Shown here piece after piece: positions 54,443 to 64,000 of a stretch of DNA of 64,000 bases; the stretch's first letter is position 1, and every line of letters starts with the position of its first letter. Origin of the DNA: Octopus vulgaris (lineage: Eukaryota); the NCBI GenBank assembly GCA_951406725.2, contig OX597827.1, forward strand, positions 47,802,001 through 47,866,000. The letters run 5' to 3'. The notes below the pieces were generated by a model that had not been told where the DNA came from, made no database searches, and was given only the letters and a program-made list of their open reading frames with translations. A program made the translations under genes and the position numbers.

Positions 54443-54501
54443 GATAAAACTGAGTTTCGGATGCCGTGGTGGAAATCCACAACACCATCTCTTCGGTCAT
54501 C
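54443..54501 (-). ncRNA. Hammerhead-like motif with CCGAAGA core
   Basis: Minus strand GATGA-CCGAAGA-GATG[gtgga/tccac]CATCc-GAAA-CTCAG-TT-TTATC. Confidence 0.55.
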
Positions 54502-54574
54502 TGGCCATCTGAATTTCCTCTATTTACATAATATTGAGGTCTCTTTCTTTCTTTTATTATCTTACCGTTTTTAC

Positions 54575-54638
<64 letters not shown>

Positions 54639-54685
54639 GTGGTAAATTAAAGAAGGAAGATGGAATATACGAGCATTTTTTATGA

Positions 54686-54791
54686 ATCACGACAATTGTT
54701 TCGACACCTCTAGTATGCATGCCTCACGTGTGGAACACGTAACAACTGATTCAGGAGCATCCGGGAGAGCAGATGTGTCTTTTCGGATGAT
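54686..54791 (-). ncRNA. Degenerate hammerhead motif with long stem II insert
   Basis: Minus strand ATCAT-CCGAAAA-GACAC[67 nt]GTGTC-GAAA-CAATTG-TC-GTGAT; palindromic stem III and GUC triplet. Confidence 0.55.
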
Positions 54792-56350
54792 AAATACACA
54801 CAACGTGTTAAAATGTAAGTTCAGTACTAAATCTTCTTACATCGTAGGCAGAAACGCTACAAAACGAAGAAAATTTCTTCATTTACGTAGAAGATCAAAA
54901 ATAAAATCACAAAAGCGGTAACGAACATTAAAGTATTAAAAATAACCGTTAACAAATATGGACGTATAAACGTCCTGGCGCAAGCTGCATGGTGCGTGTA
55001 CACCCGCTCATACAACCATCCGCGAAAAGGTAAGCAGACGCAAACGTTTGGTTTGGTGCACTCAGGATCACAAAGCAATTTAAATAGCTAGTTGTTGTTT
55101 ATAAGAATCGGGAGATTAAAAGTAAAGTTAATTCATCCATACCTTAAAGTAAATTATGTTAACAATTACCCAAATTCACTTCCACTGCATTGTGCGAAAG
55201 CACATTGATACGCGTGTAGGCATCTTAAGAGTCTTTCATAAACTATATTAATGATCTTCTAATTGGTCCACAGAATAAGCAGGAATTCCTCAGAACAAAG
55301 ACGGTATGTGCTGAAAATGATGTTATATGGTTTCGCGTGCTTTACTATGAACAAACCTGCATTGTACTTAATTTTATCCTCTTTCAGTCACTATACAAAA
55401 TCGGCCAAAGATGTTTAATGCCTCTTACTGATTCTCTTAAAGCTGGCGACATGGCTATGATAACAATTCTTAAAGGAATCAGCTGTTTGACCAATGTATA
55501 CATACGGCCCTCCCCTTGTGAGCAAGGTACGTTTAAATAGATGTATATAGAGAGACAAATCAATTTCTGGTGCTAAGGAGTAGATAACCTCTCAGAAAGT
55601 CATGCACCCAGCAGTTTGATTAGAAACGGCGCTAGCTGCCAAAAGACTTCGTGTACTTGCAACCATCTGTCTACAACGAAAGTTTTGTCATGACAAAACA
55701 GAGTGAATGACTTTCCTAAATGTTGGAATATGCCTCAAGCATACTTGAACCGTTAACAATTATTTACAAACACAAACACCACACACACACAATGTATATA
55801 TGTATATATAGGTATGTGTAAGAGTGTGTGTCTAATTATATTTTACTTAAGAAAATTGGATGAAAACAATATCACGAATAAATATACAACTTCTAATGAG
55901 AAGACACTACCACAAGCATAGAGTGAACCTTCTAATGTATTTCTCTCAGCAGTGCTTTTAAATATCACTTCTTCGCAACGCCTGACCACGTGTTAAATGA
56001 GACATGGCGCAAAATATGAGTCCCATTCAAATCTAATTCTATACTAGAAGAATATATCAATAGCCAATACGTGTCTGTTGATCGATTGATTTCTGCTATC
56101 AAGTAGAAATCTTCTTTATCTCGTAGAGATAAAGAAGGGGAAAGCAAAGAAAGAAACATATGGAGTTAACGTAAATGGTGCAGTATTAGTGCCCATATTA
56201 TGCATGGTTTCAAGTTAGGAATAAACTATCACCCCTACACATGTATACAGGAAAGAAAGAATTGTAAGGATACAGGAAGAGATCATTGTGAATACACACA
56301 TGCACTCATATATATATATACATAGATAAATAGATAGATAGATAGATATG

Positions 56351-56458
<108 letters not shown>

Positions 56459-56584
56459 TCTATGTATGTATGTTTGTATGTATGTATGTGTGTATGTATG
56501 TATGCAGATCTGGCTGTATGGTAAATAGCCTGCTTACCAACCACATGGTTCTAGTATTGTCTGCGTGTACACCATGAGTGAGTG

Positions 56585-57770
56585 TTTAAGCGTTCACTCG
56601 ATGACTCCAGTGTGGACGTAATATACTTTGACTTTTCAAAAGCTTCTGATAAAGTTGATCATGGTATGATAACCACAAACTGCACAATCCTGACATACCT
56701 ACAAAACTTGGAGAGTGATTACATGACCTTCTGAAACATAGAAGTCAAGCAATAGTGGCCAATGGAATCACCTCAAAGGAAACATACATAGTGAGTGGTG
56801 TTCCAGAGGGCACTGTCTTGGGACCACTGCTTTTCATAGTGGCCCTCTCAGATATGCCCTCAGCTGTCCGGATGGCCATCCTTGCTAGCTATGCAGACGA
56901 TACGAAAGTCTCACTAAAAATACAAAACCCTAGAGATGCTGCACATCTGCAGCAGGAGTTGAACACAATTTACAGATAGTTTGAGGACAATAATATTCAG
57001 TTTAATGCTGGAACCATCCAAGCCTTGCACTATCAGTACGCAAAATCGAACGAAAATCTTATAGGGTACACTGGCGCAGGAACGAATATAATCCCAGAAA
57101 CTAAATCAGTGCGTGACCTAGGTATCGACGTGAGTGATGATACCTCTTTCCAACTGCACATTACCAAGATGGCAACAAAGTGCAGACGATTGAATGGATG
57201 GGTCTTGAGAACCTTCAGAACCAGAGAGAAGGAAACCATGATGGTCCTCTGGAGAATATATGTGTTCAGCCCCCTGGACTACGTGTCTCAAATATGGTCA
57301 CCCCATAGTGTACAATGAATAGCGGACCCTGAAGCAACCCAGCGAAGCTACACAAAGAAGATCGTCCCATTGCAACAGCTCAGATACTGGGAAGGGGGAC
57401 ACAGCTCAGACTCTACTCTCTGGAGCGAAGGCGGGAGAGATATGCAGAAATATTCATCTGGAAGATCCTGGATGGGATTGTACCAAATTTTGGCATTGAA
57501 AGCTACACAAATGCTAGAACGGGTCGCTACTGCACAATGCCAAAGGTCCCAACAATGCCGTCGCACTTCATGATCAGTTACTGCAACAGCCTGGGTATCA
57601 GGAGCTTTTTAATATTCTCTCAAAAATCCTGAGGAGCCTACACAAAGTTGATGTAGGTGTTTTGAAAACAAAACTGGATCTTTTCTTTTCAAGAATCCCA
57701 GATGAAGGCAGCAACATCAAACTCCCTTATTGACTAAATGCCATATATCAGAGGAGAGTTCCAATAATAA
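56585..57770 (+). pseudogene. 5'-truncated CR1-like LINE reverse transcriptase fragment
   Basis: VDVIYFDFSKASDKVDH, SGVPEGTVLGPLLF, YADDTK, SVRDLGI and LDYVSQIWSPH. Many stops and frameshifts; ends ..gttccaataataa. Confidence 0.92.
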
Positions 57771-60377
57771 CTATGGCAAAACGGCAGTGCCCCAGCATGG
57801 CCACAGCTTTGAGCAGAAACCGATAAAAAATATACATATATAGATGAATTTCTCCATACAATTTTGTATGTATGCATATATGCATACACACACTGATTGC
57901 ACAGTATAACATGATAATAGAAATTGATATACGGCCTATTAAAAGTGAAAGCACGATCATTTTGCTGTATGGAAATGTGTTTTTCAACATTTGGGAAATA
58001 GGAATATTAAGCCTGATAAACATCAGATATATCACAAAGTATTAGAAACAAACAAACTATTGATATGTACTGAAAAGAATCACATCAAATTGTGGCTTTC
58101 ATTTTCGATTGATATTGCTGTAGATATTGTGGAAGTGGTTTGTAAGAAATCAATATATTACATATAAATGAGACAAAGCTGAATAGGAAGATCCTTAATA
58201 TCATGTGAAAATATTGTATGACATTACAAAGTATGCATGTGTGAAATACGCCGCATTAAATGTAAGATATATTTTGAAAAGCATCTTCAACCGTTTGCAA
58301 TCAATTGTGCGTGACGTTTCATGTGAAGTTTCTAGAGAATATTCGTGGATGAATAAATATAAATGAAGAATTTGCTACTTGTATTCTCAATTCCCTTCGC
58401 AAAATTTGAATATACGAAACACCGGAAGCTAAGAGGCCGCTGATCAGTTACACTGAGCTCACGTTGAATACAGAAATTAGAATGCATCTGCCATAAACAA
58501 ACAAAATGAGGCAAAAAAACCAGATCTGATGATGTTAAATCTACACCAATAAACAAATAAATAAAGAAAAATTAAAACAAAAATAGCAAAATGTCTTTCC
58601 AATTATTGGCATGAAGTCACCACAAGAACCATTGAATATACATTCAATAGTTTCACTATTACAGAGTGTAACCTGTATTATGACATGTCATTTTGGAGAT
58701 ACGCCTTTGGCTACATGGGCAATATCAGGAAATATGTTATATGTACAATAATTATGATTAGATCCCTAAAATGTATAATGAGCTTTTAAATCTAAAAGCG
58801 CACAATAATTTTTACCAAAAGAAGCACGTCATACTGTTAGAATTCCTATTTCTTGTCTAATTTTTTTATCTGTAACAAAGAATACCTTCACTTTGAATAA
58901 AGGTAGTTCTTAAAGGTTTCTGTTTAGAGATATGCTAATTAACCTATAGCTGGGATCCTGAGGTACTACGAATCAGTGTCTTAGTAGCCCTGGAAAATGT
59001 GACTACGAGGTAATTCTCAACTTCTCAAAACCATTAGACTCCCGAACCATGGCTTCGGTACTGGATGCAATTCAAACTCAACCTCAGATGATTTGCTGAT
59101 CAGCCCAAAACAAGGAAACTAATTCGTTTTTGATTTGAATTGCTGTTAGAAGCTGTCGGTCGCACATCATAGAAGAAACGTCTCGGTGACCGAGTTGTGT
59201 TTCCATCCAGAAATTCCCATAGCCGGAAAAGACACAGTAAAACATCTGACCATATGCTCGAAGAATTCTACCGCCCCATCAGGTTATACATATATTTTAG
59301 TTAACCTGATCACTGAGAAAAGCGAATGGGAAAATCAATCGTGTGACATGCTTTGGAACTCCGAGATAGTAGTGTTGAGCTTACAATGTGTGCATATAAA
59401 ATACAAGCAGTTGCAGTAAGATACCTCCGAAAGATTTCTAGAGTAATGTTATTTGACAGAGTGCGTAGCTAGGAGATCAGGAAGTCTTTGCACGTCAAAT
59501 CGCTCTTTCATCGCATTGAGAGATCACTGCTCTTATATTATGGGTATGTTATTAGGATGTAGCAGGAAAGTATCACAAGGCGGAACCTTAAAGCCGATTC
59601 AACCGTCAGAGGACGTAGGAATAGACTAAAAACAAGCTGATTGTATGTTAACGATAGTCTGAGTTGATAACGATTGCTTTTGACATAAACGTACGGAGGG
59701 CGTGCCTGAGGACTGTAACGTGCGCCCTTCGCAAGAAAAGAAGGCGGGGAAGATGGATAAACTGGATATTTTTGCGAGTAAAGACATAGCAGAGAATGAC
59801 TTGATATAGCAGATAAAGTACTTTGGGGAAAAAAGAAGGAAATTTTTGGAGGGTGTAAGTTTTGAGGCGGGAGATATAAACAAGATGGAATTAACAGGTT
59901 ATGACGGAAAGAATGTCACAATCAGGAAAGCGACAACAGCAGAATGTTCGTGTGATTATTCACATATTCGCCTATACATATAAATGGGAATATTACATCT
60001 ATATACACAACATACTCATATGCACACAAGCACGCGCACACACACACACAAATACACGCGCGCGCATACGCACATTATACAATACAGGCACATACTTTGA
60101 CAGTTGTCATGCACGAAACTCTCTGGCTCAGAGACACTTTGTAATTTTGGTACATTACAATAACAGTTTTCGGTACAGGCCTAGCAGTTTTTTGAGGGAA
60201 AGTGGAAATCAATTACATCGATCCAAATATTTAGTTGGTACTTATTTTATCATCCCTGAATTTATGACAGGTGAAATGGTCCTCAGCGATATTTGAATTC
60301 AGAACGTAATGGGAGACAAAATGCCGCTAAGGATTCTACCATCTCTCCACCTTACTTCAGATTAAAATAACGGCTTC

Positions 60378-60806
60378 AAATTTTCGAACACAGTCAACAG
60401 ATTCGTAGGAGGGGGCTAAGCTGATTGCACCAACGCCAGTGCTCAAACGGTACTTATTTTATTCAAGGCGGCGAGCTGGCAGAAACGTTAGCACGCCGGG
60501 CGAAATGCGTAGCAGTATTTCGTCTGCCGTTACGTTTTGAGTTCAAATTCCGCCGAGGTCGACTTTGCCTTTCATCCTTTCGGAGTCGATTAAATAAGTA
60601 CCAGTTACGCACTGGGGTCGATATAATCGACTTAATCCGTTTTTCTGTCATTGTTTGTCCCTTCTGTGTTTAGCCCCTTGTGGGTAGTAAAGAACTAGGT
60701 ACTTATTTTATTGATCCTAAAAGGATGAAAGACAAAGTCGACCGCGCCAGTACTTGAACACAGAACGTTGAATCAGACGAGATGCAGCGAAACATTTTGC
60801 CAGGTT
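60378..60806 (-). mobile_element. Old SINE family B copy split by a younger insertion
   Basis: Halves join as ..aacggtacttattttatt|gatcctaaaaggatgaaagacaaagtcgacc. Another old copy lies at ~60168-60350. Confidence 0.75.
60466..60697 (+). mobile_element. SINE family B, full length, with 15-bp TSD
   Basis: aggcggcgagctggcagaaacgttagc..gggtagtaaagaa, flanked by ggtacttattttatt at 60449-60463 and 60698-60712. Confidence 0.92.
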
Positions 60807-62024
60807 TTCGTCATATTAAGGATTAAAAGAATAAAATATATTTACAGGGAAACTGCAAGCGGTGTACGTCATTGCCAGGCTGACAGTTTGCGCAAAATAA
60901 TTTTTGGAAACCAATTAATTAATTAAGAATGTGTTATTTGATATTAAATAGGACGTGAAATATAACTATTACAAATATTTTATTTGTATTGTGTAATAAC
61001 AATATCTTTTTAGATTCTTCATTTTGCATCAAGAATTGTATGCAGTAAATACAGAAACGAAGCGGGTGAATATGCGTATGTACTGTGTGGCTGCGTAGTT
61101 GTGGATGTATGTGTGTATGTGTTTTCGCGCATGCAAATGTGTCCAAGAGATCTATGTGTGTGTGTGCGTGTGCGTGCGTGTGTGCGTGTGGGTGTGTGCG
61201 TGTGTGCGTGTGTGAAAGAAGCATACGTGTATGATGTTTCTATAGCAGCTGTATGATTTCAATCATTCATATGTATATGTGTGTATATAAGGAATATAAT
61301 ACAGTGAAAACTGCCTCACGTAGGTTGCTGACCTGACCAAAAGAAGAAACCTTTCGTTGCCTTAAACTGAACAATATCCATCAACTTCATTTCAATTGTA
61401 ACCTTCTCCACCACTTCGTTTTCCTTCTCACTTATTCTTAAATTCTTTCTTTTCCTCGTTAGTTATTTCAGTTGTTTTTGCTTTACTGACCGATTCCTTC
61501 TGCCGAATGCACAACTAATTCACTGCCATTACCTGTCATTTTTCATTGTGTCCATGCACTTATGCACTACGGCACTAAGACAAGAAACAAAAAAAAATTC
61601 TCGCGCGAAGTTAAGAGGTTGTATTGTAGGAAATGTTCACTTCGCCAATAAAAACGATTTTTATCAACGTAGACCAATATAACTCTTTCTTCATTCGGTT
61701 TTCTTAAAACGGTTTTCCTTTTTTTATTTCTTTGTTTCACAAGTACAGTAGTAGATAAATGGAACTTGCAGAAAATTCATTGTGGTCCATACGTGGGTTT
61801 AACTCTCTACGGGAGAAATAAAAAAAAGAAGAAAAAAAACGCATATTTCAGAAACAGTAACTTTGGAAGTGCGCTACAAGTTAAGTGTTTTAACGGAAGG
61901 TGAGGTGGGGGTTGCGAAAATTAATTTTAGGTAAAAGCCGGAAAAATTTTTTGCTTCCTTTTCTTAGCAGATTCCCAACAGCAGACAATATATATCCATA
62001 CACTTTTGAGATAAGTACGTCTGT

Positions 62025-62450
62025 AAGACGACGTGCTGGGAGGGTCGATAACACGCCGGGTAAAATGCTTAAAGGCCTTTCGTCCGCCTTCACGTTCTGT
62101 GTTCAAATTTCACCGTGGTCGACTTTGCACTTCATCCTTGTAGGGTCTGATAAAATAAGTAGCAGTTTAATACTAGGCTCTTATGGACTTACCCCCATCC
62201 CATGAAATTGCTAGCCTTGTAACAAAACGCTAAACCAACATATACGACTATATATGGCGGCGTGTTGGCAGAAACATTAGGACGCCGAAAAAATTCTTGG
62301 CAGCATTTCGTCCCTCTTTACGTTGCGGTTCGACTTTGCCTTTCCTCTCTTTAGAATTCAATGAAATAAGTACCAGCTGAGTACTTGGGTCGATCTAATC
62401 TAATTAACCATGTTCTGAAATTGCTGTCCTCGTTCCAAAATTTGAAACTA
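62025..62450 (+). mobile_element. Two degenerate SINE family B copies
   Basis: gttcaaattt..gtcgactttgcacttcatcc at ~62100 and ggcggcgtgttggcagaaacattag..cgactttgcctttc at ~62256. Confidence 0.7.
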
Positions 62451-63189
62451 ATATGTAAGTCTGTATATACGAATATTAGGCGTATCATACGAACACACAC
62501 GCACGCGCAGTAGATAGAACCCAATATAATTGTACAAAGCGTTTTAAAAAGCGTTTTAAAATCTACAGTTTCGGGCATGACCTTAATCGAAATGCCTATG
62601 CTGTGCGTGTTTGATCGTGAGTATAATTTTTTTGTATCTGTGATTATCCCATCCCCATGGGCATGCACATGCGTGTATATGACTAATCACATGAACATGT
62701 TGCTGTTTTCGCTTACCTTGCTGTGACATGATGGAAATATTTCTAATGAAAATATTTCCTATTCCTCTTGCCATTATAAGGCATTCAATCTCGTACATAT
62801 CTTCCGCCTTCAGATTGACACCTTCTAAGCATTTCTCTCTCTTTCTCACAAATAAGATTTAGTTCCATGCATGAACAAAAGTTATTTACATGTTATATCC
62901 CGTCGTTCTGCTCTATGTCAAGACTCGCTAAAATAAGCTCGAAATATTCACGTCTCTCGGTAAGCAATTTTTACGAAAACACTCGAAAACCTCTCCTGCA
63001 AGTATATGAACTCGGAAAAATTTACACGTAAATTTTATACAATCACACAAATACATATATGCAATATGCACACACACACACACACACACACAGATATGCA
63101 TATAAATATGTATATTCACATAAATATGTTCACACAGATGTGCGTATATACATATGTATATATATATACATATATATATAATATATACA

Positions 63190-63343
63190 TACAAAATTAG
63201 ATATGTACATATATACAAGAATATATGTACATATCTAATATCGTATGTATATATTTTATTAATTTGCTTGTACGGCTAATAATTCGCTTACCACTTGTGA
63301 TAGTATTTTAATAATACCATCCCTAATATATATATATATATAT

Positions 63344-63398
<55 letters not shown>

Positions 63399-63510
63399 TA
63401 TACATACAATATTAGATATGTAGATATCTCATATTGTATGTATATATTTTATTAATTTGCCTGTACGGCTAATAATTCGCTTACCACTTGTGATGGTATT
63501 TTAATAATAC
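63190..63510. repeat. Local tandem duplication separated by (TA)n
   Basis: gtatgtatatattttattaatttgc.tgtacggctaataattcgcttaccacttgtgat.gtattttaataatac occurs twice. Confidence 0.9.
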
Positions 63511-63525
63511 TGTGTCCCTTGTGAT

Positions 63526-63582
<57 letters not shown>

Positions 63583-64000
63583 ATATATGCGTATATGTAT
63601 GCGCACACAACTACAAGTTCTGTTGGAAACTTTACAAGAATTTATATTTAACACGTATATATTGGATGGTCCCCAGGTGCATTTAAATTAATATGTGCAG
63701 TTGAATGCCTGTGATTATGAACGCTTAGAATTTGCAACTGAATTAATAAACGAAGATTTTGGCAGGCATACGTTTAGATTCAGGCAGCGCATCATACTAA
63801 TTCCACTTAGGGTCTTGTATATGAAAATTTACGCTACACGATTTTCAGAACGCACTAAATTAGTAATTATATTTAAGAGATGCACATTTCACTAAGTACT
63901 ATGTAAGAACATATTTTGTTTCCCTGCGTAGTTCATAACGTCGCAAATTAGTTAAATTGGTATATTAATCAGCGATGTCCCTGTAAATGAATTTATGAAA

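Overview
AT-rich eukaryotic non-coding DNA, dense in (TA)n, (CA)n, (TCTA)n and (TAA)n microsatellites. The repeat families look like those of an octopus or other coleoid cephalopod, but that is an inference from recall, not a database result. I found no recognisable intact host gene; most ORFs in the track are microsatellite or antisense artefacts. The window is mostly transposon debris: four decayed mariners (one full-length and Hsmar1-like) plus a duplicated mariner 3' half, a Tc1/maT-like host remnant, four tRNA-derived SINE families, and non-autonomous Helitrons including a head-to-tail dimer. It also holds a CR1-like RT fragment, a probable L1/Tx1 remnant and an R4/Dong-like array in (TAA)n. 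The main hidden signal is about 11 type I hammerhead ribozyme (HHR) motifs of the minimal Penelope-like-element (PLE) kind. They include a perfect 120-bp palindrome encoding the same HHR on both strands, a ~530-bp foldback whose junction lies inside an HHR, and a tandem family with a CUGUNGA core in place of CUGANGA. A two-template insertion at 52.1-53.05 kb copies sequence from 43 kb (inverted) and 51.7 kb (direct). All alignments and folds were done by eye, so boundaries of degenerate elements are approximate.
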